Assembly: GCA_963768365.1 (NCBI GenBank)
Contig: CAVYHS010000007.1
Location: 76,248 to 140,247 of the forward strand
DNA from: an uncultured Ignavibacteriaceae bacterium
GTDB taxonomy: Bacteria > Bacteroidota > Ignavibacteria > Ignavibacteriales > Ignavibacteriaceae
Length of the DNA stretch: 64,000 nucleotides
Reading direction: 5' to 3'
In this document: piece after piece, positions 11,696-22,814 of the stretch
How positions within the stretch are numbered: the stretch's first letter is position 1
How the letters are laid out: every line of letters begins with the position of its first letter
Notes under the pieces: model-generated
Told to the model about the DNA's origin: nothing
The model's input: the letters and a program-made list of their open reading frames with translations, nothing else
The model's database searches: none
Made by a program: the position numbers and the translations under genes

Positions 11696-12159
11696 CAGAT
11701 CTGCTTTTAAGTCTGTTTTCTCTCCTGGTGAGTGCCTCATTAAATCTTCTTTTCTGTTCATTTGTTTCAGGTAAAGCTTCGATAGCCTTAACAGGCTTAC
11801 CATCCGAATCAACAGTTACAAAAGTAAGATAAGCTGAATTCGTATGCTTTACTATGCCCTCTTTGAAATTTTGTGCAAAAACTTTTACCCCGACTTCCAG
11901 CGAAGTATTAAAAACTCTGTTAACTGAAGAAACAAGTGTAACTGCATCTCCAAGTTTTATGGGATGATGAAAATCAACTCTATCTACAGAAGCAGTTACA
12001 CAAATTCTTTGGTTATGTTTACCAGCGCTAAGCGAAGCACAAATATCTATCCAGAACATCAACTGTCCACCGAAGAAGTGTACCCAACTGGTTTGTGTGG
12101 TTAGGCAACACAAGCTCGGTCATAGTAATTTGTGATTCACTTACCTTACGGGCAGTCAT
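11685..12159 (-). pseudogene. Acyl-CoA thioesterase (hotdog fold, YciA-like), one break near 12080-12095
   Basis: The N-terminus MTARKVSESQITMTELVLPNHTNQLGTL (ATG at 12157..12159) continues in ORF 11685..12113 as ...FGGQLMFWIDICASLSAGKH...VTASVDRVDFHHPIKLGD... Confidence 0.75.
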
Positions 12160-12932
12160 CAGTTAGAAGAATATCCTCCTTTTAACTTTGCTTCAAGCGA
12201 GTTTTTCAAATCGTCAATTTCCTGAAAATTCTGATCATCAGGATACATACGTACGAATTTTTTCATTTCACTGAGTGCTTCATCTTCTCTTTCTCTATCC
12301 ATCAATAACATTATTTTACTGTACATTGCCATCGGTGCGTATTGTGTATCGTGATATATTTCAACAACTGCATCGTAATATTTTAAAGATGCTGTATAAT
12401 ATTGCATCTTCTGATAAATATATGCAATAGAATATTCCTTATGTGCGAGTTTATCATTCAGTTCTGTAATTTTTTGTTCAGATTCGCCAACTTTTTCATT
12501 CAGCGGAAAGAAATCAATAAAAGCCTGATATTCTTCTATTGCTTTCACGGTGTATTTTTGATCCAGATGTATAATTTGGTGAAAGCTCGTAGTAACTTTC
12601 TGCAAGCATAAACTGAGCCTTAGCAACAAATTCACTTGCAGGCATATTCTTGATCAACTTACTGAATTCATAAGCTGCTAGTAATAAATTCATCACGCTG
12701 ATATTTACACATTCCTAAATAATATTGTGCATCATCAACTATGCTGCTGCCGGGATATTGAAGTAATAATGCCTCAAACTCGGTTACTGCTTCCTCATAG
12801 TCTTCGTCGTTATATAAATTAATTGCATATTGCAACCTTTCATCAGCGGTCATTTCAGCCAACATCACGCGTGGAACTGCAGCCCCAAATTAGCAGTAAA
12901 AAGAAGCCAGGAATTATTAGATATTTTCTCAT
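12159..12932 (-). pseudogene. bamD: Outer membrane protein assembly factor BamD (TPR lipoprotein), at least 3 breaks
   Basis: The lipoprotein signal is MRKYLIIPGFFLLLIWGC (ATG at 12930..12932). Co-linear ORFs 12668..12868, 12514..12696 and 12159..12635 follow, with TPR-like ...AINLYNDEDYEEAVTEFEALLLQYPGSS...LDQKYTVKAIEEYQAFIDFFP... Confidence 0.75.
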
Positions 12933-13003
12933 AAGTGCTTTAATTTCATAAAATTAACACGCAATATTAGTTAAAAATGCAGTTGCTTCAAAGGTAAAAG
13001 CAG

Positions 13004-13643
13004 TCACTCGCTTCTAATTGTAAAAAAGAGTACAATAACAAGTGCTGCAGTTCCGATTGCAATTAGAGGCTCTGCTAATCCAGACACAAATGGCTCGGGT
13101 GGCACTGCAGCTTGAGTAAATGGATATGATTCGTTCTCAAGAGAATTTATGTCTTCAACTTTAACTGTATCGAGAATGGTAATTTCAAATTCTCTGTTTT
13201 CCTTTTTCAGAGAAAGTTTGCAGATAGTTTCCAAAAATTGTCGAGTATCTTTGAATGTAGTGTGTTCCAAAAAATCCGCTTCTGAACATCTCACCATATT
13301 CCACTCCGGCACCTTCCATTACAATATCAACTGTCGGAATATTCAGCTCATCGGGAGGCTGATTAAGAATTTCTTTTCCGTTCTTTATAAATCTTTCTTT
13401 TATACTATTTGAAAAAAGAGAATAACTTTGACCAAGATTTAATGTTAGCAGAATTTTCTTTTCACCGGAAGGGATTTCAGAATTTATTTTATCAACAAGT
13501 GAATCTGTAAGTGAGTAAAAGACTTCGAGATTGGTTTTTGTCTGGCAATTAACTTTCAGAGAACTGAGTAATATGATTACAATAATAGGAAGAAGAATTT
13601 TCCCTGAATTGAATAAATATTTAATTACAAACTTAATCAGCAT
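13004..13643 (-). pseudogene. Hypothetical secreted protein with C-terminal membrane anchor, one break near 13200-13310
   Basis: ORFs 13185..13643 (signal ...LLPIIVIILLSSLKVNCQ) and 13004..13312 overlap co-linearly. The C-terminus is ...PPEPFVSGLAEPLIAIGTAALVIVLFFTIRSE*. I recognise no family. Confidence 0.45.
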
Positions 13644-13713
13644 TACAATACTAATATCAGGAGAATGGTTTAGAGTTTCAAGACTTTCTGAATTCTGGAT
13701 GACTTGTTCTGGA

Positions 13714-13758
13714 TCAATAAAAAGCTGTCTGATTCCAGACTTTGCCGGAATGACAGCT
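13714..13758 (-). terminator. Rho-independent terminator after htpX
   Basis: The minus strand reads AGCTGTCATTCCGGCAAAGTCTGGAATCAGACAGC followed by TTTTTATTG. The outer stem AGCTGTC/GACAGCT is perfect and the inner stem is ATTCCGG/CTGGAAT. It lies 29 nt downstream of the htpX stop. Confidence 0.75.
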
Positions 13759-13786
13759 TACATTACTTCTTACTTATAATTGTTTC

Positions 13787-14625
13787 TTACCTCGCCATTG
13801 CTTCTAATCTTTTTATTCTTTCTTCAGTTGGTGGATGAGTTGAGAATAGTTTTGAAATTCCACCACCACGCAAAGGATTGATAATAAACATATGTGCTGT
13901 TGTAGGGTTAGAATGATTAACAGGTTTCATCTGGTTACCACGTGCAATTTTTTGAAGAGCAGATGCAAGTCCCATTGGATTTCCTGTAATTTCTGCACCG
14001 CCTTTGTCAGCAGCAAATTCACGCGAACGTGAAATTGCCATTTGCAAAAGCATTGCAAGAATTGGTGATAAAATCATTAATACTAATCCACCAATACCCC
14101 CACCTTCTCTGTCATCACTTCTGCCAAACATAAAAATCCAGCCAGCCATTTGAGCAATGTATGAAATTGAACCAACTAAAGTTGCAGCAATTGTGCTGAT
14201 TAATGTATCTCTGATTTTTAACGTGTGCAAGTTCGTGTGCCATTACACCTGCAAGTTCATCATTGCTTAATCCTTGAAGAATTCCGGTTGTTGCTGCAAC
14301 TGCTGCTTTCTTCGGACTTCTTCCAGTTGCAAATGCATTCGGAGTCGGATCGTTAATAATATAAACTTTAGGCATTGGCAAGTTAGCTTGTCTTGCCAAT
14401 CTTTCAATCATATCATAAAACTTTGGTGCTGATTCCCTGTTAACTTCTTTTGCTCTGTACATTTTCAGAACTATCTTATCAGAAAACCAGTAAGAGCCGA
14501 AGTTCATTAATCAAAGAAAATACAAGTGCGATAGTCATTCCTGTATTGCCGCCAAGCTGGTAGCCGATAAACAGAAAAAGAACCATCATTAATGTCATTA
14601 AGAATACTGTTTTAACCGCGTTCAA
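13787..14625 (-). pseudogene. htpX: Zinc metalloprotease HtpX (M48), 2 breaks near 14510 and 14120-14230
   Basis: The N-terminal TM segment (TTG)MNAVKTVFLMTLMMVLFLFIGYQLGG is preceded by GGAG. ORFs 14115..14507 and 13787..14230 join as ...[22 protein letters not shown]... (HExxH) and end ...FSTHPPTEERIKRLEAMAR. Confidence 0.85.
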
Positions 14626-14891
14626 TTTTTATCTCCTTTTATATTTGGGAAACAAATCTATACTTCTAAAAGTTTCGTTTCAACAGCAAGTGGGATGACT
14701 GAATAGTGGGTTGGTTTCAAATAGTTAAATTTTGAGTTGTTCGAGGTTCTGGCTTTGATTGAGAGCTCTTTACAATCCGAAATATTCCGAAATCGCCAAT
14801 CCAAAATAAAAATTATCCCATCTTCTTCCCCTTGCCTTTATTTGTCATATTACTTAAATAGATACCAGCATTTTTCAAGGAGTTTAACTAA

Positions 14892-15832
14892 ATGAGAACC
14901 TTACTTTCATCTTTATTCATCGTTTTTATTTTAGCTGCCTCAATCAACTTTTGCACAAACTACTACGTATGATTTTCTACGATTGGATATGAGTGCCCGT
15001 GCTGCCGGACTCGGCGGAAGCTTTGTTACAAACAACGATGATGTTGATGTGATTTTCTTTAATCCTGCAGGCTTGGGTTTTCTTGAAAAAGATCCTGTTT
15101 CCTTTTCATTTGTTAAACACCTTATGGATATAAACCTTTTCAGCGTAACCTATTCCACTGAATTTGAAAACATTGGCAGATTCGGAACCGGTGTTCAATA
15201 CATAAACTACGGAACATTTGATGAAGCAGATGCAAATGGAAATATAACTGGTGAGTTTGGTGCAGGCGAACTGGCATTCCTTGCTAAGTTACACGAATAA
15301 ATTTATGGCAAACTTTTACTACGGAGCTACTGGAAAGTTTATTTACTCAAGTATTGCTGATCAATCTTCAAGCGCTATCGGACTTGACCTTGGATTAAAT
15401 TATGAATTCCCTGATATAATGCTAAATCTTGGTGCATCTGTTCTTAACATTGGAACACAGTTATCATCTTACACTGATGTAAAAGAAGATTTGCCTCTTG
15501 ATGTTCTCATTGGTGTTTCAAAAAGATTAGAAAAACTTCCGGTTAGATTATCTCTCGATTTTCACAACCTTAACCAGGAACGGGATGAATTTTATCAGCA
15601 TTTTAAAGGATTCACTATCGGTGCAGAATTTTATTTAAGTGAAGTTTTCACTCTTCGTTTTGGTTACGATAATGAACGCAGAGAAGATTTCAAACTTGGT
15701 TCAAGTGCAGGCATTGCAGGATTTAACGGCGGTCTGGGTGTAACAATTTCTGAATACAAATTCAGTTATGCATATTCATCACTTGGTTCTGTTGGATCCC
15801 TGCATAGTATAAGTTTATCAACTTCATTCTGA
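14892..15832 (+). pseudogene. PorV/PorQ-family outer-membrane beta-barrel (T9SS-associated), 2 breaks near 14951 and 15280
   Basis: An AAGGAG RBS precedes the ATG at 14892. The signal MRTLLSSLFIVFILAASINF is followed, after a shift in a T-run, by AQTTTYDFLRLDMSARAAGLGGSFVTNNDDVDVIFFNPAGL. That is the family N-terminal motif as I recall it. The protein ends in a beta-barrel-like ...LHSISLSTSF*. Confidence 0.5.
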
Positions 15833-15849
15833 TAAGTTTTATATCAAAA

Positions 15850-17005
15850 TTATTTCATCGTTTCGATATATGAGTTTACATTTTTATGTGAATCTCTGAA
15901 ATCTCGCATATCCAAAACCTTCTCATAATATTTTTTAGCTTCTTTATTAGTTTCCCCAGGTTTGAAAAATGGTTCCTGAGTAAAGTGTAGCATTTATTTG
16001 AAATCCTGATTCTTCACCTTCCTCATCAATTTTCTTTGCTTCTTCAATACAGTTTTTGAAATATTGCAGAGCTGAATTCAAATTCTCCTTTATTCTTCAG
16101 ATTGATACCCAAGATAGTAGTTTGCTTCTCTTTCTAACCATCGGAGTATTGTAACCTTCAAAATTTTTATCTGCCTTGTTTAGAACATCTTTAAATATAG
16201 AATCTGCTAAAATTAAATCTTTTTGTCTTACTGCTATTCTGCCACGCCATCTTTCAAACACAGGATTGTTAGGAAATGATTCAACAAGCTGTTGTGCATA
16301 AACCTCTGCGGAGTTCATATCTTTTTCAAAATAGTAAAAGAATGTAACAAGAATGTATCTCGCTTCATACTTTGAATACTTACCTGAGCTTGCAGCTTCT
16401 TTTAATTGTTTTATACCCAAGTTCCTTATCACCCGAAGGGAAGAAAATCATTACAGGTTTTACAACCGGATATTTTTCCGGAATAACTGCTGCCAGATAA
16501 TTGTAAATTCCGAAACCGAGTTTAACATCCACATTATTCGGATCGAGTTCGTAAGCATAGTCAACTAAAGGAAGTGCTTCCCTGCCGTCATTAGCAGCTT
16601 TGAACCAGCTTTCGCGCATTACTCTCAGCCTGCCTCTGAAACCAATTGCACCTCCTTTAAAGAAAAGTGCATCAATATTTTCCGGATCATCATCAAGTAT
16701 TTCATCACAGAAGTCAACTGTCTCGTCAATCTTTTCATAGAAGATATCATCTTTTTCTTCATCTTCTTCTGAAAGAATAATTTTCCACCAGTCGATCATA
16801 GCAAAAAAGAATCTGCTTGCAGGATGTGTTGGATATTCTTTCTTTAATAGCTGAAAAGTTTTTTCTGCTTCAGTAAATTTTATGCTGTAGATTTGATTGA
16901 TGCCGGCAGTTACAAGAGAATCGTAACTTGGCTTTTTGCGAGTAAGCATCGATATCTGTGAAAAAAAAGTAAAAGTGTTAAGACCGAAAGAGTGATTGAT
17001 TTCAT
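15850..17005 (-). pseudogene. TPR-like repeat protein, at least 6 breaks
   Basis: The signal MKSITLSVLTLLLFF is shifted inside the A8/T8 run at 16961..16968. ORFs 16380..16949 and 16097..16432 follow, then four short frames reading ...ANYYLG..INLKNKGEFE..ALQYFKNCIEEAKKIDEEGEESG...GETNKEAKKYYEKVLDMRDFRDSHKNVNSYIETMK*. Confidence 0.5.
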
Positions 17006-17008
17006 AAG

Positions 17009-18512
17009 TTATGCTTGATGAAGTTTATTCAATAAATAAACAGAAAGATTATCAACCCCAACTCTTTCCTGCACCATTGTATCTCTTTCACGAACAGTTA
17101 CAGTTTGGTCTTCGAGAGTTTGTGTATCAACTGTAATGCAGTAAGGTGTTCCGGCTTCATCCTGTCTGCGGTATCTTCTTCCGACAGCACCTTTGTCATC
17201 ATAAAAAACTCTGAATGATTTTCTCAAATCAGTTTCAATCTTCCGTGCAATTTCAGGCATACCATCTTTGTTAACCAGAGGAAAGATCGCAGCTTTTATC
17301 GGTGCAAGTCTTGGATGAAATTTAAGAACAGATCTTAGTTCACCATTTACTTCTTCTTCATAATAAGCATCAATTAAAAATGCCATAAACGAACGGCTTG
17401 CACCAGCAGATGTTTCAATTATAAATGGAATAAATTTTTCTTTTGCCTGCTCATCAAAATACTTTAATGATTTGCCTGAGAATTTTTCGTGCTGAGTTAG
17501 ATCAAAATCTGTTCTGTTGTGAATTCCTTCAATTTCTCCCCAGCCAAAAGGAAATTCGTATTCGATATCAACTGCTTCTTTTGCATAATGTGCAAGCTTA
17601 TCTGCAGGATGATCGTGGTATCGTAATTTAGTCGGCGTCATTCCCATTCGTTTGAACCATTCAAGTCTTTCAGCTTTCCAGTAGTCGTACCATTGCTTAT
17701 CATCTTTCGGTGTTACAAAGAACTGCATTTCCATCTGTTCAAATTCACGTGTGCGGAATAAAAAGTTTTTTGTGTTTATTTCATTACGGAATGCTTTACC
17801 AATTTGTGCAATTCCAAAAGGCAGTTTCTGTCGTGATGAACCCTGCACATTTAAAAAGTTAACAAAAATTCCCTGTGCAGTTTCCGGTCTTAAATAAACA
17901 ACTGAACCTGTGTCTTCAACCGGACCAATAAATGTTTTAAACATCAGATTAAATTTTCTTGCATCGGTGAAAGTTCCTTTGTTACCGCACTGAGGACAGT
18001 TTAATTGTGCAAGAAGTAGTTTTGAAATTTCTACGTCTTCAAGTAAAAGTGTGAAAGGATTTTCATCACCAGGATTATTCAGCTTTTCATCAATTTTCTT
18101 TAAAAGTCTTTCATCACTTTTCAAATTCTCTTTCAATTCCTGGATTGCTTTGTCTTTCTTTTTATCAGCATACGAATCGCCAAGCACATCAAGTCTGAAT
18201 CTGTGCTTTGCATTGTTTGCAGTCAATCATCGGATCAGTGAAATTTTCAACGTGTCCGGAAGCTTCCCAGACTTTCGGATGCATTAAAATAGATGCATCA
18301 AGTCCTTCAACATCTTCACGGTAAGTCATTGATTTCCACCACTCGTTTTTAATGTTGTTCAGAAGTTCAACACCGAGCGGTCCATAATCCCAGCAGCCGT
18401 TAAGACCGCCGTAAATTTCACTTGATTGGAAGACAAATCCCTTTCTTTTGGCAAGGGAAACTATTTTTTCTAACAGGTTATCCTGATTGGTATTTTTGCT
18501 GGAAATGGTCAA
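17009..18512 (-). pseudogene. glyQS: Glycine--tRNA ligase (dimeric GlyQS type), one break near 18206
   Basis: ORFs 18189..18512 (...[25 protein letters not shown]...) and 17009..18226 join. Deleting one nt restores ...[18 protein letters not shown]... The class II core and anticodon-binding domain are recognisable. Confidence 0.9.
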
Positions 18513-18660
18513 ATCCTCCGTTAATAATCAAAATTTTGCGTGTGAATATAGCAAAGAAATGTGAGAGAAATTAGTAATAAAGTTATCGAACTTATTCAGA
18601 TAGCATGTATAACAATGTCTTCTCAATTACTTATTTTTTCAAATAAAAAAAGAGAGAGAA

Positions 18661-19272
18661 ATGATAAAAGCACTTATACCAAAGGAAGAAAAGTATTTTG
18701 ACGACTTCAGGGAAATGATTTCCCATATCCAGCAGATGGCAAAATATACTGAGCAGCTTTTTGCTGATGAACTAATCGATAAAAATCACTACCTGAACAT
18801 TAAGCCGCTCGAATTAAGATGTGACGAAGTTTCATCCCGGGTTGTTAAAAGACTAAACAAAACTTTTATTACTCCATTCGACAGGGAAGATATTTTTGCT
18901 TTAACAAAAAAATTGGATGATATAAGCGATATGCTTCTGGGTGCTGCTGCACGTATTGAGACATTCAACATTACAAAAAAAATTGCATTTGCCGATAAGC
19001 TTGCATCAATAATTAATAAACAGGTGCACGAGCTTGGAATTGCCATCCAGGATTTAAAAGCAAGACGAATAAATGAAACCAAAGCAGTGAAAGATCTTGA
19101 GTCGGAAGCAGACCAGGTTTATAGAAATGCAATTCAGGATCTTTTCTCGAATGAAAAAGATGCCATAGAATTAATTAAGAAAAAGGAAATACTTGATATA
19201 TTGGAAAGAACTTCCGACCGGTGTCAGTCTGTTGCAAATGTTATTCTTTCCATTTTCATAAAGAATGCCTGA
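18661..19272 (+). CDS. DUF47/TIGR00153-family protein (PhoU-like partner of PiT transporters)
   Basis: Intact 203-aa helical ORF located 6 nt upstream of the PiT gene. This is the standard pairing for the family. Confidence 0.7.
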   Translation: MIKALIPKEEKYFDDFREMISHIQQMAKYTEQLFADELIDKNHYLNIKPLELRCDEVSSRVVKRLNKTFITPFDREDIFALTKKLDDISDMLLGAAARIETFNITKKIAFADKLASIINKQVHELGIAIQDLKARRINETKAVKDLESEADQVYRNAIQDLFSNEKDAIELIKKKEILDILERTSDRCQSVANVILSIFIKNA

Positions 19273-19278
19273 TCATCT

Positions 19279-20270
19279 ATGGAATTTGTAATCTTCATTA
19301 TACTCCTCGCACTTGTCTTCGATTTCTACAATGGAATGAACGATGCAGCAAACTCTATTGCTACCGTAGTTGCAACCAGAGTGCTCAGTCCTTTTCAGGC
19401 AGTTGCATGGGCAGCGTTTTTCAATTTTGCTGCTGCATTTCTATTTGGTGTGAGTGTAGCTACAACAATTGGTAAAGGTTTAGTAGACGTTTCAATCGTT
19501 GATAATTATGTAATCTTTATCAGGACTTGTTGGAGCAATTGTTTTAACTGCAACTGCAACACATTTCGGACTTACCTATAAGTGTTTCTCATTCAATAAT
19601 TGGCGGTTACGGTGGTGCTGCTATAGCAAAAGCAGGTTTTGATGCTCTTATTCTTTCTGGTTATACTAAAATAATAATATTCATATTTGCTGCGCCGCTT
19701 ATCGGAATGGTAATGGCATACTTATTTTCAGTAATTACTTTATGGATAGTAAGAAAACAAGCAGCCCCGAAAAGTTGATAAATACTTCCGACGGTTACAG
19801 TTCGTATCCGCCGCCTTATACAGTTTAAGTCATGGTTCAAATGACGCACAAAAAACGATTGGGATAATAACCATTGTTTTGTTTACAAACGGATTATTGG
19901 GCAGCACTTTTTACATACCGTTCTACATTATCATTTTAAGTTATTCAGTAATTGCATTTAGGACACTCTGTTAGGTGGATGGAAAGTAATTAAAACATTA
20001 GGAATGAGAGTTACAAAGTTAAATCCATTCGGAGGATTTAGTGCAGAGACCTCTGCCGGATTAACAATTGTCGGTGCAACGATCTTAGGAATTCCTGTAA
20101 GCACAACTCATACAATAACCGGTTCAATTATAGGTGTCGGTGCAGTTAAGGGATTATCGGCAGTCAGATGGGGTGTGGCAAAAAATATTTTATGGGCGTG
20201 GGTTTTAACTATTCCTTTCTCAGCCATTTTTGCAATGATCACATACGAAATAGTTACTTACTTAGCTCTC
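19279..20270 (+). pseudogene. pit: Inorganic phosphate transporter, PiT family, at least 5 breaks; 3' end uncertain
   Basis: ORF 19279..19581 has the PiT signature ...FYNGMNDAANSIATVV... ORF 20004..20456 has ...GIPVSTTHTITGSIIGVG... Pieces in between read ...SHSIIGGYGGAAIAKAGF... The tail of ORF 20004..20456 beyond ~20270 runs antisense into phoU and is probably not real. Confidence 0.75.
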
Positions 20271-20336
20271 TGTTCTGCTAATCTAGATAAATTTTTCAAA
20301 AACATTTTATTTATAGTTCATTTGAGAATTTCAAAA

Positions 20337-21035
20337 CTAATCCTCATCGTCTTCTTTATCATCAGCAAAAAGATATTTTTCATACTTATGCTTAACGAGG
20401 TGAGCCTCAACAATAAAGAATACATCTTCGGCTATGTTTGTGCAATGATCTCCTAATCTCTCCAGTTGCCTTGACATCACTAACAATGCAATTCCAGGTT
20501 CAATATTGTCAGGGCTTTGTTTCATTATGTCCACCAGAATTTTGTGATTATCTGTATTTAATTGATCCAGATTATCGTCGGCTGCAATTACTGTTTTTGC
20601 TAGTGCTTCATTACCACTTATGTAAGCATCAATAGCATCTTTTAGCATCTGCTTGGAAACCTTGAACATTTCCTCAAGTTTTGTTTGATGGAAAAATGCT
20701 GGTTTATTTTTTATCATAATGCAATACTCAGCAATGTTTACAGCAATATCGCCAATACGTTCGAGATTATTATTAATTGTTAATGAAGACATAATCAAGC
20801 GAAGATCCATTGCAACCGGCTGAGTTAACGCAAAAATTTTCTGACAGATTTTATCTATCTTGTTGTCATACTTATCAACCTTAGTATCCTTCTCAATAAC
20901 TTGTTGTGCCAATTCCAGGTTTTCCTCTTCAATCGATCTGATGGCTGATTGGACCTGTTCATCAACAAGGCTGCACATTTTTATAACTCTCGTCTTAAGT
21001 TTTTCAATATGCTCGTCTAATAATCTCTCCATCAT
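20337..21035 (-). CDS. phoU: Phosphate signalling complex protein PhoU
   Basis: Intact 232-aa ORF with two PhoU repeats (...NNLERIGDIAVNIAEY... and ...RQLERLGDHCTNIAED...). It lies downstream of pstB. Confidence 0.9.
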   Translation of the reverse strand: MMERLLDEHIEKLKTRVIKMCSLVDEQVQSAIRSIEEENLELAQQVIEKDTKVDKYDNKIDKICQKIFALTQPVAMDLRLIMSSLTINNNLERIGDIAVNIAEYCIMIKNKPAFFHQTKLEEMFKVSKQMLKDAIDAYISGNEALAKTVIAADDNLDQLNTDNHKILVDIMKQSPDNIEPGIALLVMSRQLERLGDHCTNIAEDVFFIVEAHLVKHKYEKYLFADDKEDDED

Positions 21036-21076
21036 TTCTCCTTCTCATTTAATATTTAATTTTATAAGCTAATGAA

Positions 21077-21835
21077 TCAACCAAATCTACCTGTTATGTA
21101 ATCTTCAGTTTGTTTCTTCGAAGGTTTTGTAAAAATGGTTGTGGTTCTGTCGAACTCAATGAGTTCTCCAAGATAAAAGAATGCTGTTTGGTCACTTACT
21201 CTTGCTGCCTGCTGCATATTATGAGTTACAATAACTATAGTATATTCCTTCTTCAAATCATGTATTAATTCTTCAATCTTCGCTGTTGAAATCGGATCCA
21301 ATGCACTGGCAGGTTCATCCATCAGAATAATTTCAGGTTCAACAGCAAGTGCACGGGCAATACACAACCTCTGTTGTTGACCACCTGAAAGACTGAGTGC
21401 GTTTTCATTTAGCCTGTCCTTGACTTCATCCCAGATGGCAGCTTGATTTAAAGTTTTCTCGACAATTTCATTAAGTAATTGTTTATCTCTTATCCCGTTT
21501 ATCTTAGGACCATAAACAATATTTTCATAAATAGTTTTAGGGAATAGGTTGGATTTTTGAAATACCATACCCACATTCTTCCTTAAATTAACGATGTCAA
21601 GTGATCTATCGTAAATATTAACTCCATCAATAAATACTTCCCCTTTAGTTTTAACATTATCTATCAGGTCGTTCATCCTATTTAAAACTCTGAGAAAGGT
21701 AGATTTCCCGCAACCGGAAGGACCAATAAAGGCAGTCACTCTCTTTGCCAGAATATTCAAGGATATGTTTTTTAATGCCTGTTTATCTCCGTAAAACAGG
21801 TTTAAATCTTTTACAATTATTTTAGTTTCTTTCAT
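21077..21835 (-). CDS. pstB: Phosphate ABC transporter ATP-binding protein PstB
   Basis: Intact 252-aa ORF with Walker [10 protein letters not shown], signature [14 protein letters not shown] and Walker B ILMDEP. The PstB-typical N-terminus is ...[16 protein letters not shown]... Confidence 0.92.
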   Translation of the reverse strand: MKETKIIVKDLNLFYGDKQALKNISLNILAKRVTAFIGPSGCGKSTFLRVLNRMNDLIDNVKTKGEVFIDGVNIYDRSLDIVNLRKNVGMVFQKSNLFPKTIYENIVYGPKINGIRDKQLLNEIVEKTLNQAAIWDEVKDRLNENALSLSGGQQQRLCIARALAVEPEIILMDEPASALDPISTAKIEELIHDLKKEYTIVIVTHNMQQAARVSDQTAFFYLGELIEFDRTTTIFTKPSKKQTEDYITGRFG

Positions 21836-21853
21836 AGGCTATTTAATTAAAAA

Positions 21854-22804
21854 TTATAATCTTCCTAAAATTTTTCTAAAACGATATCTGAAAATTATTG
21901 CAGTAATATTCAGAAAGAATGTTAAAACAATTAATACCAAGGTTGAACCATATTGTATTGGTAATGTTTTTGTTGGATTTGACGACTGTGTTGCCATAAT
22001 AAAAATATGATAAGCCAGATACATAAACTGTTCTGTTGGATTGATCATAGGGATACAATATCCGCCAATGCAAATATCTGCGATTGGAAGATTGGGTAAG
22101 AAAGAATGCTGCACCAAGAAATAATATTGGAGCTGTTTCTCCCGCTCCACGACTAATTGCAAGAATAGTTCCTGTTAAAATTCCAGGTCTCGCTTGCGGA
22201 AGGACAACATTTTTAATTGTCTGCCACTTTGTTGCGCCAAGTCCGTACGACGCATCTCTATGGGATTTAGGAACTGAGTTTAAAGCTTCAAGAGTGGAAA
22301 CAATAACGATTGGCAAAACTAAAACAGCTAATGTTGCTGATGCCCATAACAAAGCTGGTTGACCGAATAGTAAACCGGTTTGTAAAACATCATCCAGACC
22401 TTTACCTATAAACAAAATAAAAAATCCCAATCCAAATAAACCAAAAACAATTGATGGAACTCCCGCAAGATTGTTAATTGAAGTTCTGATTATACGTGTG
22501 AAAAAAGTATCTCTTTGCATATTCATTTAGATAAATTGCAGAGAACACACCAAGGGGAACAGTAATAATCACCATTAATAATGTTACAGCAATAGTTCCA
22601 AAGATCGCCGGACCAATACCGCCTTCAGTCATATTATTTTTGGGTGAATCAATCAGAAACTCAAGAGAGATAACCCCAATGCCTTCAATGAAATATTTTA
22701 CCAAGCAAGAGAATTAAAATGAAAACGAGGAAGATGAACATTAATCTTACAATTCCCAGTGAAAAAGCACCAACAAAATCTTTTTTTCTTTTCTTTAGTT
22801 CCAT
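21854..22804 (-). pseudogene. pstA: Phosphate ABC transporter permease PstA, about 3 breaks
   Basis: The start MELKKRKKDFVGAFSLGIV has its ATG at 22802..22804. Co-linear ORFs 22474..22704, 21876..22526 and 21854..22162 follow. The EAA-loop region is ...[31 protein letters not shown]... Confidence 0.85.
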
Positions 22805-22814
22805 ATCATTTAAA

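Noticed and set aside
13004-13111. PEP-CTERM-like sorting tail (...VPPEPFVSGLAEPLIAIGTAALVIVLFFTIRSE*) on the hypothetical protein.
   Set aside because: A charged residue interrupts the segment after PEP. Only a single Arg follows the helix, instead of a basic cluster. No exosortase gene is in the window. It is equally well explained as a simple C-terminal membrane anchor.
20270-20456. Extension of the PiT ORF (…ALCSANLDKFFKNILFIVHLRISKLILIVFF…) overlapping phoU by ~120 nt.
   Set aside because: The sequence is not PiT-like. It is the antisense of the phoU C-terminus, and a stop appears in a neighbouring frame at ~20263. This is most likely an artefact of a frame error near the true 3' end.
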